DNA of 64,000 bases from Opitutaceae bacterium (GCA_051252375.1 JBPOFY010000008.1:91485-155484), one strand, 5' to 3'. Positions 10,462-22,810 are shown, counted from the first letter of the stretch. Notes: generated by a model from the letters alone, not told the origin. Numbers and translations: made by a program.

Positions 10462-11505
10462 ATGCCACTGACCACAAAAACCAAAACCTTTCAGCGTTTA
10501 CTAGCTGATTGGTATGTGACAGCTCAGCGACCGCTCCCATGGCGCACGAAGCCCTCGATCTATCGCACGGTTGTCTCGGAGTTAATGGCACAACAGACAC
10601 AGATAAAAACCATGCTGCCCTATTTCGAGCGATGGATGCAGCGCTTTCCTGACTTCAAAGCACTGGCAGATGCCAGCAGCGAGGACGTGCTCAAGCACTG
10701 GGAAGGTCTCGGCTATTACAGCCGAGCACGCAACCTACACAAACTCGCAAAGGAATACATTGCGTTGGAAAAGAAACCCAACTCCGCCGCTGAATGGCAA
10801 ACTCTACCGGGCATCGGCCCCTACACCTCGGCAGCCATCAGCTCAATCGCTCAAGGTCAACCCGCCGCGGTGGTCGATGGCAACGTCGTCCGTATACTCG
10901 CACGACTGACCAATGACAAAAGAAGTTTTAAAAGCAACGGCGACGCAGTCAAAGCCTTCACCCCTCTCGCAGATCAAGTGCTCAACCGCAAACAGCCCGG
11001 CGAGCACAATCAAGCCATGATGGAACTGGGCGCGACCATCTGCCTAAAGCATAATCCACTCTGCACCACCTGTCCGGTTGTCGAGTTTTGCAAGGGTTCC
11101 GCCAACGGCAGCCCAGAAACGATTCCAAAAATTCAGCGCAAAGCCACGGTCCAAGTAGAAGTCGATCGCTTCTGGATAACGGATCAGAACAAAGTGCTAC
11201 TCCACCTAAACTCGCTCGATTCCAAACAGCTCGCCGGACAATACGAGCTCCCGAATCACGACCACCTCGGACTACCACGCCCCGCCGACAAGCCCTTGAT
11301 GACTAAAATGCGCTCGATCACGCACCATCGGATCAAAGAGCGCATACACCTCCTTCATGCAAACACAGCCCTGATCAAGCACATCGAGCAAGCCCCCACC
11401 TTATTCTGGGTGCCCGAGGATGCCCTCCATAGTATAACACTTTCAGGACCGCATCGCCGCTGGCTACCCGAAATCGTCATCAAATCACCATCCAGCACGA
11501 CCTAA
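10462..11505 (+). CDS. mutY: A/G-specific adenine glycosylase
   Basis: 'VSELMAQQTQ', 'WEGLGYYSRARNLH', HhH 'LPGIGPYT', 'VDGNVVRIL', Fe-S 'CLKHNPLCTTCPVVEFC'. Confidence 0.93.
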   Translation: MPLTTKTKTFQRLLADWYVTAQRPLPWRTKPSIYRTVVSELMAQQTQIKTMLPYFERWMQRFPDFKALADASSEDVLKHWEGLGYYSRARNLHKLAKEYIALEKKPNSAAEWQTLPGIGPYTSAAISSIAQGQPAAVVDGNVVRILARLTNDKRSFKSNGDAVKAFTPLADQVLNRKQPGEHNQAMMELGATICLKHNPLCTTCPVVEFCKGSANGSPETIPKIQRKATVQVEVDRFWITDQNKVLLHLNSLDSKQLAGQYELPNHDHLGLPRPADKPLMTKMRSITHHRIKERIHLLHANTALIKHIEQAPTLFWVPEDALHSITLSGPHRRWLPEIVIKSPSSTT

Positions 11506-11643
11506 ATACAATTAGGGAACTAAGGTTGAGAGTTGCTTGTCTCCAGCAGTTCGTCGATATTGCCCCCAATTGAAACAAGTCCCCTACTTTCAACGCTTCA
11601 CATATTCAACTTTCGATATTTTTAGCGTTTCAGCATTAAGAAC

Positions 11644-13347
11644 ATGAATCTCAGCAGCCTCTACAGCGACCTCAGCGAAGAACAGATCGAATTGATCCAA
11701 GCACTTCCGCGCTCTGAACGACTTTTACAAATCGCCACCATACGTAACGTATCGACCCGTGACATGGTCAACGACGTGGCTGAAAGAGCAGGCATTCCCG
11801 TCCTAGAGGAGATCCAACTGATTGATAACCCCACCGCGACGCTGCCACTTCGCCTCATCCACGAATACCAATGCGTGCCGGTGCGGACGACCGAGGTCGA
11901 TTCAGATGCTGACGTCGCCGAAGAAACTTCACCTAACACGCAGCCCATTCCACTCGTCACTCTCTGGCCACCTGATGCCAAAATGGATCGCTGGATCTAC
12001 GCCGTCAGTGGGCGCAAACCGGAATGGCACCTCGGCAACCCCGATCAAGTCATCCACACCATCACCCAACGCTTCGGAGTCGGCTCAGGCAGCCTCGACG
12101 AGTCCGACATCGTCAACGACGTGGATGATGAGGAAGATGCGGAAGATGAAGATGCAGCCGTCATCCGCTTCGTGAACGAAGTTGTCCACAAAGCCGTGAC
12201 TGACCGCGCGACCGACATCCATTTCGAGCCACACCGCGACGCTCTACAGATCCGCTACCGCATCGACGGCGAGCTCGTGCCCGTCCGTGTGCCGGACAAC
12301 TTGATCAAATTCCAAGGCGCGATCATTTCCCGCCTAAAGATCATGGCGAAGCTCAACATTTCCGAGAAACGCCGCCCACAGGACGGACGTATTTCCTTCG
12401 GAGCCGGCGACGGTGAGCTCGACATTCGTATTTCCACCTTCCCCACCATGTATGGGGAAAGCGTCAGTCTTCGTCTCCTCAACCAGAAGTCGAAACCACT
12501 CTCCATGCGCGAGCTCGGACTCGCACCCGACGAAGAAAAACACGTCGAGCGCCACCTCGCCTCGCCGCACGGCATCATTCTTGTCACTGGTCCAACCGGT
12601 TCCGGTAAATCAACCTCGTTGACCGCGTTCATCCGCCTGATCAACAAGCCCGAGCGCCGCATCATCACTGTTGAAGACCCGGTCGAGTATGAAGTCCCCG
12701 GCGTCAACCAAACACAGGTCCACTCCGAAATCGGACTCACTTTCGCCACTTCGCTGCGTGCCGTCTTACGCCAAGACCCCGACGTCATCATGGTCGGGGA
12801 AATTCGTGACCGTGAAACTGCCGACATCGCGATCCGCGCCTCGCTTACTGGTCACTTGGTGCTCAGCACCCTGCACACCAACGACGCCCCCGGCGCGCTG
12901 ACTCGTTTGGTCGATATGGACATCGAGCCATTCCTAATCGCGTCCTCCGTCGAGATGATCATCGCACAACGTCTGGTGCGTCGTCTCTGCCCGAACTGCG
13001 CACAGCCTGGCAACTTCGACCCTAAACACGTCGCCAGCTGCCTCGCTGCCATGCGTATCGATCAAAGCGAAGCACAATTTGGGCACCTCGCCAAAAATGC
13101 CATCGGCTGTGAGCGTTGCCGTAAACTCGGTTTCCGCGGTCGTGTCGCTATTTTCGAAATCCTTCGCGTCACAGAAGAGATCCACGAGCACATCGTGAAA
13201 CGCGACTCTTCACGCCTCATTCGCCAAACGGCCATCAAACAAGGCATGCGCTCCCTCCAACAAAGCGGCTGGGAACACATCAAGAACGGCAGCACCACCT
13301 TCGAAGAAGTCATGCGCTTCGCCGAGCTCGAAAGCGAAGAAGGGTAA
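11644..13347 (+). CDS. gspE: GspE/PilB-family secretion ATPase
   Basis: 'ATDIHFEP', Walker A 'GPTGSGKST', '[15 protein letters not shown]', 'STLHTND', CxxC pairs. Confidence 0.9.
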   Translation: MNLSSLYSDLSEEQIELIQALPRSERLLQIATIRNVSTRDMVNDVAERAGIPVLEEIQLIDNPTATLPLRLIHEYQCVPVRTTEVDSDADVAEETSPNTQPIPLVTLWPPDAKMDRWIYAVSGRKPEWHLGNPDQVIHTITQRFGVGSGSLDESDIVNDVDDEEDAEDEDAAVIRFVNEVVHKAVTDRATDIHFEPHRDALQIRYRIDGELVPVRVPDNLIKFQGAIISRLKIMAKLNISEKRRPQDGRISFGAGDGELDIRISTFPTMYGESVSLRLLNQKSKPLSMRELGLAPDEEKHVERHLASPHGIILVTGPTGSGKSTSLTAFIRLINKPERRIITVEDPVEYEVPGVNQTQVHSEIGLTFATSLRAVLRQDPDVIMVGEIRDRETADIAIRASLTGHLVLSTLHTNDAPGALTRLVDMDIEPFLIASSVEMIIAQRLVRRLCPNCAQPGNFDPKHVASCLAAMRIDQSEAQFGHLAKNAIGCERCRKLGFRGRVAIFEILRVTEEIHEHIVKRDSSRLIRQTAIKQGMRSLQQSGWEHIKNGSTTFEEVMRFAELESEEG

Positions 13348-13348
13348 A

Positions 13349-13648
13349 TTATTCCTCAACTCGAGGCTTCTTCGTTCTGACTCCAGGTGTCGTGATCAGT
13401 TCGACATAGCAGGTTTCGCCACCGTCTTCGAGGACTTGGGCCACCGCTTTCGAGACCTTGGTCACGTGCGTCGATTCCGCGGTTTCAGCAGTCACGCCGA
13501 CCTTGCAATCAAAATCCCAAAAGTCCACCCCGTCGGGCAGCTTCTTGCTACGCTCGCGCTTGATGTATTTATTCACATCGCCTTGGATGGATTCCACCAA
13601 ACGTGCAGGATTGATCTTCGGGTGGGTCAAAGGAAAGGTCTTCTTCAT
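13349..13648 (-). CDS. DUF6172-like conserved protein
   Basis: 'MKKTF...KYIKRERSKKLPDGVDFWDFDCKVG'. Confidence 0.7.
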   Translation of the reverse strand: MKKTFPLTHPKINPARLVESIQGDVNKYIKRERSKKLPDGVDFWDFDCKVGVTAETAESTHVTKVSKAVAQVLEDGGETCYVELITTPGVRTKKPRVEE

Positions 13649-13710
13649 AGACCGAAGGAGCGTCTAGGCTTCTTCAGGAAACGCAACTGCGAACCTTTGC
13701 AACTGTATGA

Positions 13711-14148
13711 TCAATCCGCGACCAGAGGATGCCTCCACTTCAAACCTTTGAAGCGAGCGAAATCGCTGTCGGTAGATACCCATTCACAATCATACTCTAT
13801 CGCGAGTGCAGCATGCCATGCGTCGGCCACTAATTTACCGGTAGCTGGAAGCTCTTTGCAGAGCGATTGGAAAATCAACCAATTACGTTCCGAGGGACGG
13901 AGAATACAGGCTTGTGGACAGGCGCGCAAATTTTCACAAAAACGCAAAGCGACCTCCACTGGAGTTGGTTGCTTAAAGACACGCGGATTCGTCACAATTC
14001 GAACGAAACCACTGAGCACTGCTTCAGAAAGTCCAAATGCTTCCACCCCGGTGGCCAACTCTGTCATCCAAGCAGCATAAGCTTTATGCTCAGCAATGGC
14101 ATCTGGTCGATGCGCGTAGATCAACACGTTCACATCGCAGAGTTTCAT
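13711..14148 (-). CDS. vapC: VapC PIN-domain toxin
   Basis: 'DVNVLIYAH', 'GFVRIVTNPRVF', 'VADAWHAALAIE', 'STDSDFARF'. Confidence 0.9.
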   Translation of the reverse strand: MKLCDVNVLIYAHRPDAIAEHKAYAAWMTELATGVEAFGLSEAVLSGFVRIVTNPRVFKQPTPVEVALRFCENLRACPQACILRPSERNWLIFQSLCKELPATGKLVADAWHAALAIEYDCEWVSTDSDFARFKGLKWRHPLVAD

Positions 14149-14393
14149 TGCCCGTAGATTCCTTCGTCTTCTGCTGCCAGTAAATCACTTGGTCTGTCCA
14201 AGTTCACTCCAGTCTGCAGACCACCTTCTCCAAAAGTAATCAGCTCAAAAGACGCCGCAGTAGATGCCCTCTCACTGCGTAAGGCCGCACGACCAGCATC
14301 TGCAAGAAAAGCACTGAGGCTCAAGCCCTTACGCTTAGCAGTGGAGCGAAGATTCTCCGCTAACTCATCATCCAGTATGATACTAGTCCTCAT
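14145..14393 (-). CDS. vapB: VapB-like ribbon-helix-helix antitoxin
   Basis: 'MRTSIILDDELAENLRSTAKRKGLSLS'. 4-nt overlap with vapC. Confidence 0.8.
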   Translation of the reverse strand: MRTSIILDDELAENLRSTAKRKGLSLSAFLADAGRAALRSERASTAASFELITFGEGGLQTGVNLDRPSDLLAAEDEGIYGQ

Positions 14394-14394
14394 A

Positions 14395-14428
14395 AGTAAT
14401 ACCGTATTACTATCTCAGCCAATGTCAA
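14395..14428 (-). promoter_or_regulatory. vapBC promoter with overlapping palindromic operator
   Basis: TTGACA-N16-TACGGT ends 7 nt before ATG. Perfect inverted repeat AGTAATAC-C-GTATTACT at 14395-14411. Confidence 0.7.
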
Positions 14429-14517
14429 GATCGTCCTATTCGATGAGAGTCTATCATGTGCCTCGCGCCCACTGAATCAGGCTTGCGAACACCCGCTAGT
14501 CGATACTGTTTAGAGGC

Positions 14518-15381
14518 ATGAAACTCACTGCCGTTGTTTATCTACAAACTGGACTTGCTGATGCGGCAGCGGAATTGGCTGCGCAGTTTGGAGTGCCATG
14601 CGTGGATGGGGTGCATTTAAACGGCGCCAAGACAAAATATTTACAGGCATTCCTCACTGAGCTTACAGGGGATGCCACGGACGCGAGTGCATTCGTCATG
14701 GATGCAGAGGGGTTACAACTGTATGCGCTCGGGGCTAACTACGGCGTGGCGATTGCGGCTGATTTCTGTGGGCCAACTGTGACGTATCGTCGCAAACTCG
14801 GCGGCGGCAAAGGGCAAATGATTGCCAAAGCGGTCGGTCTTCGCTCGGGGGTATCTCCACGGGTGCTGGATGCCACCGCTGGCTTGGGCGGCGATGCATT
14901 TGTTCTAGCGAGCCTCGGGTGCCAAGTAACCATGCTGGAGCGTGCGCCCGAAGTGCGGGCTTTGTTATCCGCTGGCTTGGACCAAGCTAGAAATTTTGCG
15001 CAGCGTGAAGATGCCGAACTGGGCGACATCCTGGAGCGAATGCAATTAGTGCACGCCGACTCTCACGAATATTTAAAAAACATAGAGGTCTCGGATCGTC
15101 CGGATGTGATTTACCTCGATCCGATGTTTCCAGAGCGGACCAAAGGAGCGATGGTCAAAAAGGAGATGCGGGTCTTTCATGATCTAGTTGGAGCGGACCT
15201 TGATGCAGATGGCTTGCTCGACCTCGCGATGGCTCAAGCGCGCTACCGTGTAGTGGTGAAACGCCCACGAATTGCGCCAACTCTAGGCGATTCAAAGCCG
15301 AACCACGTGCTGGAAGGCAAAAGCAACCGCTACGACATCTACACGATTGCGAAGATGCCGGATGATTTAGGGCGCAAATAG
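14518..15381 (+). CDS. rsmJ: 16S rRNA m2G1516 methyltransferase RsmJ (YhiQ)
   Basis: '[13 protein letters not shown]', '[16 protein letters not shown]', 'VIYLDPMFP', 'VKKEM', 'RVVVKRP'. Confidence 0.9.
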   Translation: MKLTAVVYLQTGLADAAAELAAQFGVPCVDGVHLNGAKTKYLQAFLTELTGDATDASAFVMDAEGLQLYALGANYGVAIAADFCGPTVTYRRKLGGGKGQMIAKAVGLRSGVSPRVLDATAGLGGDAFVLASLGCQVTMLERAPEVRALLSAGLDQARNFAQREDAELGDILERMQLVHADSHEYLKNIEVSDRPDVIYLDPMFPERTKGAMVKKEMRVFHDLVGADLDADGLLDLAMAQARYRVVVKRPRIAPTLGDSKPNHVLEGKSNRYDIYTIAKMPDDLGRK

Positions 15382-15436
15382 TAAAATTTTGGCAACGGGC
15401 TTTGACCTTCGTGGGAAAATAGTGCGGATTCCTGCT

Positions 15437-16552
15437 ATGGAACCAAACTACACGAAACTGGCCGGCGTATTGACCGGGTTTTCTACCAATTTACAAAAGG
15501 GCGAGCGCGTCCTAATCGATGCCTTTGATATCCCCGAAGCGATGGTCGTCGCACTGGTCCGTGCCGCCCGCGAGCGAGGCGCTGTCCCCTTCGTCAATAT
15601 TCAGCGCGCCCGCGTCAGCCGCGAGCTGATGAACGACATCGACGCGGAGCAATTTGAAACGCAGGCGATTTGGGAGCTCGCTCGTATGCAAAAGATGGAC
15701 GCCTACATCGCGGTGCGTGGTTCGGATAATATTTTTGAAATGTCGGACGTCGACCCCGCCAAAGTCAGCCGCGTAATGAAGGCGATGAAGGAAGTGCTCG
15801 ACTACCGAGTAAACAAAACCAAATGGGTGATCCTTCGCTGGCCGACTCCTGCGATGGCGCAGCAAGCCATGATGAGCACCGAAAGTTTCGAAGACTTCTT
15901 CTTCCGCGTTTGCACGCAAGACTATGCGCGCATGACTGCAGGCATGAACGCACTTGAATCCTTGATGTCGAAAACAGATGTAGTCGAATTGAAGGGACCT
16001 GAAACCAACCTTCGCTTTTCTATTAAAGGCATCGGCGCAGTTTCCTGTGGCGGCACGCATAACATCCCCGACGGCGAAGTCTTCTCCTGCCCGGTCAAGG
16101 ACTCGGTCGAAGGCGAGATCACTTACAATGCGCCGACAGTCTATCAAGGGGTGTCCTTTGATCGCATCCACCTCAAATTCGAGAAGGGTAAAATCGTGCA
16201 TGCGGAAAGTTCCAATACCGCGCGCCTGAACGACATTCTTAATTCCGATCCTGGCGCCCGGTATATCGGTGAGTTCGCGATTGGGTTCAACCCACACATT
16301 CTCGAGCCGATGCGCGACATTCTCTTTGATGAAAAGATCGCGGGCTCCTTCCACTTCACTCCTGGTCAAGCCTACGAAGAAGCGGATAATGGTAATCGCT
16401 CACAAGTCCACTGGGACATGGTGCAAATCCAGCGTCCAGAATATGGCGGCGGCGAAATTTGGTTCGATGGTGAGTTGATCCGTAAGGACGGACTCTTCTT
16501 GAAAGGCGATTTAAAGAAGCTGAATCCGGACTATCTTCTGGGCGGTGAATAA
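15437..16552 (+). CDS. Aminopeptidase, peptidase M29 family
   Basis: 'NIPDGEVF', 'GEFAIG', '[16 protein letters not shown]', 'SQVHWDMV'. Confidence 0.9.
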   Translation: MEPNYTKLAGVLTGFSTNLQKGERVLIDAFDIPEAMVVALVRAARERGAVPFVNIQRARVSRELMNDIDAEQFETQAIWELARMQKMDAYIAVRGSDNIFEMSDVDPAKVSRVMKAMKEVLDYRVNKTKWVILRWPTPAMAQQAMMSTESFEDFFFRVCTQDYARMTAGMNALESLMSKTDVVELKGPETNLRFSIKGIGAVSCGGTHNIPDGEVFSCPVKDSVEGEITYNAPTVYQGVSFDRIHLKFEKGKIVHAESSNTARLNDILNSDPGARYIGEFAIGFNPHILEPMRDILFDEKIAGSFHFTPGQAYEEADNGNRSQVHWDMVQIQRPEYGGGEIWFDGELIRKDGLFLKGDLKKLNPDYLLGGE

Positions 16553-17708
16553 GGCGGGCGAGTCTGCGGTGGATCCGGTGTTGAGCGTGTATTGTCACGT
16601 CCCGTTCTGCGCATCGACCTGCGACTTTTGCGCCTTCTATCAAGAGAAGCCACGCCGTGGCGACCTTGACCGCTATCTCGCGGCGATGGATGCCGAGTTT
16701 ACCCTGCTACCCAAAGATCGCGTGGTGGACACCGTCTTTTGGGGTGGTGGCACGCCGGGCTTGTTGGCAGCGAAAGACTTGGAGCGCCTCGGTCGTTCGT
16801 TACTCGACAACTTGAAACAACCGCCCAGCGAGTGGACAATCGAAATGGCTCCCTCCACAGTGAAGGAGGACAAGCTCGCCGTTCTACGTGACCTCGGCGT
16901 GACCCGCATCTCAATGGGAGTGCAGAGCTTTCACCCGGAATTATTAGAATCACTAGGACGCCTACATCGCCCAAATCAAATCTACACCGCTTGGGAACGC
17001 GTGCAGGCAGCCGGCTTCCCTCAGACGAATCTCGATCTGATGTTCGCCATCCCGAATCAGTCCATAGAACAATGGGAGGCAGATATTCGCGAAGCCGCGC
17101 GACTCGGTCCGACGCATTTATCGACCTATTGCCTGACTTTCGAAGAAGACACCGCGCTTTATGTTAAATTATCGCAAGGCAAGGTATCGATCGACGAAGA
17201 GCGCGAGCTGCAGTTCTACGAGCGCGGCTGGGAGCTTTTAGCAGAGCTTGGTTATGCACAATACGAGGTATCTAATTTCGCTAAGCCTGATGCAGCATGT
17301 ATCCACAACGTCAATACCTGGCGCATGCAGGAATGGATCGGCTGCGGTCCCTCGGCTGCCAGTCAGTATGCCGGGCAGCGCTATCAACGCCCGTCTAACT
17401 TAGACGAGTGGGCGAAAGGAATGGAAGCAGGCGCGCCACCAAAAACAGAGTGCGTCGACCTAGATGCCTCGATCCTGCTGACTGATGCCTTGGTCTTCGG
17501 CCTGCGAATGAATGCTGGCTGCGATTTGGATCTGATTGCTAAGCAGTTTCCCGCGCCTGATGTATTGGCTCAGTTGGAGCCGCTGCTAAGTCGCTTGGCA
17601 CGTGAAGGTTTAGCCGAACGCGAAGGCTCAAAAATACGACTCACACATGAAGGTCGATTGCTGTGTGATGCCATCGGCAGCTCCATACTCGAAACGATCG
17701 CGGATTAA
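16545..17708 (+). CDS. hemW: Radical SAM heme chaperone HemW (HemN-like)
   Basis: '[14 protein letters not shown]', 'GGGTP', 'RISMGVQS', 'YEVSNFA'. Confidence 0.85.
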   Translation: MNKAGESAVDPVLSVYCHVPFCASTCDFCAFYQEKPRRGDLDRYLAAMDAEFTLLPKDRVVDTVFWGGGTPGLLAAKDLERLGRSLLDNLKQPPSEWTIEMAPSTVKEDKLAVLRDLGVTRISMGVQSFHPELLESLGRLHRPNQIYTAWERVQAAGFPQTNLDLMFAIPNQSIEQWEADIREAARLGPTHLSTYCLTFEEDTALYVKLSQGKVSIDEERELQFYERGWELLAELGYAQYEVSNFAKPDAACIHNVNTWRMQEWIGCGPSAASQYAGQRYQRPSNLDEWAKGMEAGAPPKTECVDLDASILLTDALVFGLRMNAGCDLDLIAKQFPAPDVLAQLEPLLSRLAREGLAEREGSKIRLTHEGRLLCDAIGSSILETIAD

Positions 17709-17709
17709 C

Positions 17710-18195
17710 ATGGGCACGTCTCGATACCTTTTGATTGATGCATACAATGTGATTTGCGCGACCGATCATTTACGAGAGACCCTAAACGAAAATATGGATG
17801 CCGCGAGAGATCGGCTCGCTGAAATCGTCGCCTCGATTCACGACGCTGAAGGTGTGCGGGTGGCCTTGATTTTGGACAGCCGTAATGATCGCCTCGAAGT
17901 GGAGCACCCATTCAAGAAAGACACATTTGAATATTTATATGCACCCGCAGCACTCACTGCGGACGGCGTGATTGAGCGCATATTAAAACGAGTCAAGAAT
18001 CCCGGCGATGTCAGCGTGGTTAGCAACGACAACATGGTGCGAGAAGCCACTCGATCAAGTGGAGCCATGGCTTTGCGACCAGAGGAACTGTTCGAATGGG
18101 CCAGCGCCTGCGAGGCGCGTTTGCTGCAAGACGCAGCCCGCCGCCGGAACGAGAACAGTAAAGATTGGCGTAATGGGCTCGATATCGAGCTGTAA
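17710..18195 (+). CDS. NYN-domain (YacP/Rae1-like) ribonuclease-fold protein
   Basis: 'LLIDAYNVI', 'TADGVIER', 'VVSNDNMVREA'. Confidence 0.75.
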   Translation: MGTSRYLLIDAYNVICATDHLRETLNENMDAARDRLAEIVASIHDAEGVRVALILDSRNDRLEVEHPFKKDTFEYLYAPAALTADGVIERILKRVKNPGDVSVVSNDNMVREATRSSGAMALRPEELFEWASACEARLLQDAARRRNENSKDWRNGLDIEL

Positions 18196-18204
18196 CAATT
18201 GCAC

Positions 18205-19623
18205 TCAATCCGCCGACACTAAACGCACGACTTTATCCGGTCCGTTCAGGACAACATAAAGATGACCGTCAGGACCGCTAGCGACGTCGCGCACACGCCC
18301 AGCATCTTTCAAAATAATCTCATCTTTAACAACCTGCCCGTCCTCGATGATCAGGCGGTGCAATTCTTGCGAAGCGAGGCCTCCGGCAAAAAGGTTATAC
18401 TTCCAGTCGGGGAAGACCTCACCTTCGTAGAAATCAATGCCACAGACCGCAATCGATGGCGTCCAATAATGCTTCGGTTGCTCCATGCCCTCCTTGGCAG
18501 TGATTCCAGTGATCGGCTTGCCGTTGTAATTCATGCCATAAGTAATCACCGGCCAACCATAGTTTCTACCTGCCTGTATCACATTGATTTCATCACCTCC
18601 ACGCGGGCCATGCTCGGACTCCCAAATTTCACCAGTGCTCGGATGTAGATCCAAGCCCTGTGGGTTCCGGTTCCCATAAGTCCAAATAGACGGATAAGCG
18701 TCAGGCTCGTTCGTAAATGGATTATCCTTCGGCACACGCCCGTCATCGTGTATGCGGTGGATCTTACCATTCGGCACACTCAGGTCCTGAGCCATGTCTT
18801 GCGCACCACGGTCTCCGATCCCGAAAAACAGAAAACCATCTTTAAATACTAGACGCGTTCCAAAATGAACCCCGGCGGAGCGATGAAACTTCGCAGGCAC
18901 TTCAAAAACGACCTCCTCATCCATCCACTGATTATCGATGATTCGCCCGCGCACGATCTTCGTCATGCCAGCCTTCTTACCGCCCTGCTCTCCACCGGAT
19001 TCAGAAAAGGCTAAATAGACCCACGCATTGTGCTGGTAGTCAGGATGCGCAGCCACTTCAAGCAAACCGCCCTGCCCGTTCGCCCAGACTTTCGGTGTGC
19101 CTTCAATTGGCGCTTTCAATTCACCGTCCTTAAACATCCGAAGGCTACCATCACGCTCAGTGATTAAAACGCCGTTTGTTGGTAAAAAGGCAATCGACCA
19201 TGGCTTAGACAGACCGTCGACGACGGTTTCTAATTTAAAGGAGTATCCGCCAGCCGAATACACGCCGTCCACCTCAGCAACAAGGGGACCTTTTGCGCGC
19301 TCACTTTTTTGACGCATTTCATCGATATAAATCTCGAGGGATCGTATCTGGGCATCTGTTAGGGCACCCTCATAAGCTGGCATCCCCATTTGCAGGTTCC
19401 CCTCTTTCACATATTCAAGAAAGCTCTTTCCCTTGCCCACATACTTCCACGCAGGGTCATTGAGCAAAGAAGTGCCCAGACCACCAGTGAGTTCGGCACC
19501 ATGACAGCTGGCACATACACTGGTGTAGAGTTCACTCACCGCACCCGTGCCGATTCGGTTCTGCCCGAATAAGGAACTAGAAGTGATCACAAACAAGAGA
19601 TAGAGGAAGGTAGACAGGCGCAT
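18205..19623 (-). CDS. PQQ-dependent sugar dehydrogenase (GSDH/YliI-like) with N-terminal cytochrome c
   Basis: Signal peptide, CxxCH 'CASCH', 'GQGGLLEV', 'YGNRNPQG', '[11 protein letters not shown]', 'GRVRDV'. Confidence 0.88.
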   Translation of the reverse strand: MRLSTFLYLLFVITSSSLFGQNRIGTGAVSELYTSVCASCHGAELTGGLGTSLLNDPAWKYVGKGKSFLEYVKEGNLQMGMPAYEGALTDAQIRSLEIYIDEMRQKSERAKGPLVAEVDGVYSAGGYSFKLETVVDGLSKPWSIAFLPTNGVLITERDGSLRMFKDGELKAPIEGTPKVWANGQGGLLEVAAHPDYQHNAWVYLAFSESGGEQGGKKAGMTKIVRGRIIDNQWMDEEVVFEVPAKFHRSAGVHFGTRLVFKDGFLFFGIGDRGAQDMAQDLSVPNGKIHRIHDDGRVPKDNPFTNEPDAYPSIWTYGNRNPQGLDLHPSTGEIWESEHGPRGGDEINVIQAGRNYGWPVITYGMNYNGKPITGITAKEGMEQPKHYWTPSIAVCGIDFYEGEVFPDWKYNLFAGGLASQELHRLIIEDGQVVKDEIILKDAGRVRDVASGPDGHLYVVLNGPDKVVRLVSAD

Positions 19624-19699
19624 GACGTGTAAATTGGCAGTTTTTACTAAACATGCAAAAAGATTGCGGCATTGAATAAAGGCGATTCAATTCAAGCCC

Positions 19700-20977
19700 A
19701 TGGAATTCATGCAGAATTGGGGAAATCTCCTCGCTCCAAAAGGAGGCTTTAAAGTCGAGGATTTATGGCAGGTCCTAGTCGTGCTACTGTTGCTCGGTCT
19801 GTGCAGACGTGTATTCGGCCAAAAATACAAGAAACTCGACACCGACGAATTTAACCCAAAGTTCTGGATACAAAAGAATATCGGCTTCGTCACCCATTGG
19901 GTCGCGCTTACGGTCATTTATTTATTTTTTGCGATAATCATCGGAATGGATATGCCAGTCCTTCGATTCTTTACTTACCTCGGCGGTGCTTGGACCGCGA
20001 TTGGTCTGGTCACCAGCCTCCTGAAAGAACGCTTCTGGGCTCAATCTGTCGCAGCTGTTGGCTATCTGATTACCGGCTTATTCGGACTCGCGCTCGTCGA
20101 AGACAGTATTCAATTACTCGACGACCTACGCTTCACCATGGGTGGCTTCACCCTCTCGGCTTGGACGATACTAGCCGGAATGATCGCCTTTGCGTTTACT
20201 TTATGGATTAGTCTCGCTGTCGCTCGAATTGCCGAGACACAGATTCAGCTCATCCCGCGACTGAGTGCCACGCTTAAGGTTCTCATCGCTAAGATCGTTC
20301 GCATTCTACTGATCACTATTGCGGTTGTCACCGCGATTGGCTCCATTGGCATCGACCTCTCTGCCTTCGCGTTCCTCGGAGGTGCGATCGGTATTGGTCT
20401 TGGTTTTGGTCTCCAGAAAGTCGTGTCCAACTTTGTCAGCGGCATCATCCTGCTCATGGACAACTCCATAAAGCCCGGCGACGTGGTTGAAATCGATGGC
20501 ACCTATGGTTGGATCAATAATCTAAGAGCTCGATACGCATCGGTCATCACTCGCGACGGCACGGAACACCTCATCCCCAACGAAGACCTGATCACTCAAA
20601 AAGTGATCAACTGGTCATTTACCGACAACCTCGTGCGCGTCCGCGTGCCTATCGGTGTTTCCTACAACGCAGACCCACATCATTGCATACAACTCATCCT
20701 TGATGTCGCGAATTCCGTTGAACGCATTTTGAAAACTCCAGAACCGAAATGCTTACTGAATGGCTTCGGAGATAGCTCTGTGAACTTAGAACTACGCATG
20801 TGGATTGCAGACCCATCCAACGGCGTTGGTAGTGTGCGCAGTGAAGTGCTGCTCAAAGTATGGGATAGCTTTAAAGAGCATGGTGTCGAGATTCCTTTCC
20901 CGCAACGCGATCTACACATTCGCTCTAGCGACGTAGAGATCGTGCAGCGCAACAATCCCGACTCAGAACAACTCTAG
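19700..20977 (+). CDS. mscS: MscS-family mechanosensitive channel
   Basis: 'GIGLGFGLQKVVSNFVSG', 'IKPGDVVEI', 'LIPNE', 'EIPFPQRDLHI'. Confidence 0.9.
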   Translation: MEFMQNWGNLLAPKGGFKVEDLWQVLVVLLLLGLCRRVFGQKYKKLDTDEFNPKFWIQKNIGFVTHWVALTVIYLFFAIIIGMDMPVLRFFTYLGGAWTAIGLVTSLLKERFWAQSVAAVGYLITGLFGLALVEDSIQLLDDLRFTMGGFTLSAWTILAGMIAFAFTLWISLAVARIAETQIQLIPRLSATLKVLIAKIVRILLITIAVVTAIGSIGIDLSAFAFLGGAIGIGLGFGLQKVVSNFVSGIILLMDNSIKPGDVVEIDGTYGWINNLRARYASVITRDGTEHLIPNEDLITQKVINWSFTDNLVRVRVPIGVSYNADPHHCIQLILDVANSVERILKTPEPKCLLNGFGDSSVNLELRMWIADPSNGVGSVRSEVLLKVWDSFKEHGVEIPFPQRDLHIRSSDVEIVQRNNPDSEQL

Positions 20978-21733
20978 ATGGCATCCATCAAAAAAGTCCG
21001 CCTCGACGAATTACTCGTCGCCAATGGGCTCGCGGATACTCGCTCGCGTGCGAAAGCGCTGATCCTTGCGGGTAAAGTAAAGCTTGGCACTGATCGATTG
21101 GATAAACCAGGCCGCTCATTACCAATTGATAGCCCAGTAACAGTCGAGTCCCCTCCTCGCTTCGTCAGTCGTGGCGGTGAAAAGCTCGAAGGCTTCCTCG
21201 ACCAATTTGAGATTCAAGTCGATGGACTCCGCATCCTCGATGTGGGCGCCTCTACTGGAGGCTTTACCGATTGCTGCTTACAGCGCGGCGCTATCACCGC
21301 AACTTGTGTCGATGTCGGTCGCGCACAAATGCACAACAAACTCATCCAAGACGAGCGCGTCACCAACATCGAAAAGACCAACGCCCGCCACATGCAACCA
21401 GGCGACCTCCCACACGACGACTATCCGCTCATCGTCACGGACCTCTCTTTCATTTCACTCACAAAAGTCCTACCCGCGATGTGGCAATTCATGGCACCGG
21501 GTGGCCGCTTGATCGCATTAGTGAAACCGCAATTCGAAGCTGAAAAACACGAAGTTGACGCAGGTAAAGGCATCATCCGCGACAAAGCCATCCACCAACG
21601 CGTGCTCGAATCCATCAAAACCTTCGCCCTCAATGAGCTCTCCGGCGCAGAACTCATCGGCACGATGGACTCCCCAATCAAAGGGACTGATGGCAACCGC
21701 GAATTCCTCATGGGGTTGGTCCGGAACGGATAA
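20978..21733 (+). CDS. tlyA: TlyA-family rRNA 2'-O-methyltransferase
   Basis: S4 domain, 'FVSRGGEKL', '[12 protein letters not shown]', 'DLSFISL', 'LVKPQFEA', 'GNREF'. Confidence 0.93.
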   Translation: MASIKKVRLDELLVANGLADTRSRAKALILAGKVKLGTDRLDKPGRSLPIDSPVTVESPPRFVSRGGEKLEGFLDQFEIQVDGLRILDVGASTGGFTDCCLQRGAITATCVDVGRAQMHNKLIQDERVTNIEKTNARHMQPGDLPHDDYPLIVTDLSFISLTKVLPAMWQFMAPGGRLIALVKPQFEAEKHEVDAGKGIIRDKAIHQRVLESIKTFALNELSGAELIGTMDSPIKGTDGNREFLMGLVRNG

Positions 21734-21744
21734 TATTACATTAT

Positions 21745-21822
21745 TGGAGGGACGCGTTACACGCGTCCGCCTTCGGTAAAATTGGGCTCAAGCACCGCGG
21801 ACGCGTGAAACATGTCCCTCCA
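21745..21822. repeat. Inverted pair of REP-like palindromes (GGAG family)
   Basis: TGGAGGGACGCGTTACACGCGTCCGC (21745-21770) and an inverted copy (21797-21822). A third copy lies at 31907-31931. Confidence 0.8.
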
Positions 21823-21892
21823 GTCACATCCAAAATAATTCGCGATTAGAAGTTGGACGTTCTGCGTTCAGTGTTCTACCTTCAGCCTTCCC

Positions 21893-22732
21893 ATGAGTCC
21901 GATCAAAACCATCACATTTGCTGTCAACGCCTCAAAGCCCGGTGCGAAGGAAGCGGCTGACTACCTTGCTGGTATCGCTGAGTGCGAGGGCGCTACCGCA
22001 ACAGTGACTATGGACTACCCGCTACCAGCAGATGCACTGAAAGGACAAGACCTCTGTTGTGTCATTGGCGGCGATGGCACATTGCTCGGCGTGCTCGATG
22101 CAGCGCTCGAATCCGGCGCAGCCGTGCTCGGAGTCAATATGGGCAAGCTCGGCTTTCTCGCCACTTTTACCGAAGCAGAAGCCGCCAACGACCTACCTAG
22201 CCTCATTAAGGGCAACTACGACATCGCAGAGCGCTCGGTTATCTGCTGCACGACTCGAAATGGTGAATCGATCTGCGGTCTCAACGACGTGGTTTTAAAA
22301 GAAACCGAAGGCAGCGGTTTGATCCGCCTCAAAGTATCCGCCAATGGAAACCCCGTATCGGAATACCATTGCGACGGGCTGATCTTTTCCACGCCAACTG
22401 GATCCACCGCATATAACCTTTCCGCCGGCGGACCGATCATCGGCCCCAAAGTCAGCGCCATTGCGATGACCCCGATTTGCCCTCATACGCTCGGTAATCG
22501 TTCCGTTATTTTTGACAACTCCACGCAAGTCAGCGTGGCCAATCTCGTGCCCGGTCCCTGCCCTCGGATCACAATTGACGGACGCGTGCGTTTTAAAGCC
22601 GAAGACAATTTCCCGATTTCGATCACTGTGGCCGAGAGAACTTTCCGCCTGATGCAAAACCCGGATCATTCGCACTTCGCAATTGTCAGAGATAAGCTCA
22701 ACTGGGGCGACCCAACGATTAAGTCGGAGTAA
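21893..22732 (+). CDS. nadK: NAD(+) kinase
   Basis: 'GGDGTLL', 'GKLGFL', 'LNDVV', '[21 protein letters not shown]'. Confidence 0.95.
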   Translation: MSPIKTITFAVNASKPGAKEAADYLAGIAECEGATATVTMDYPLPADALKGQDLCCVIGGDGTLLGVLDAALESGAAVLGVNMGKLGFLATFTEAEAANDLPSLIKGNYDIAERSVICCTTRNGESICGLNDVVLKETEGSGLIRLKVSANGNPVSEYHCDGLIFSTPTGSTAYNLSAGGPIIGPKVSAIAMTPICPHTLGNRSVIFDNSTQVSVANLVPGPCPRITIDGRVRFKAEDNFPISITVAERTFRLMQNPDHSHFAIVRDKLNWGDPTIKSE

Positions 22733-22739
22733 AGCTGTC

Positions 22740-22805
22740 CTAATCTTAATCCTAATCATAATCTAAAGAAACGGATTAAGAATAAGAGTATGATTATGAT
22801 TAAGA
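22740..22805. repeat. Hexamer tandem repeat forming an inverted pair
   Basis: (TAATCN)x4 followed by degenerate (GATTAN)x5. Confidence 0.7.
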
Positions 22806-22810
22806 CATAA

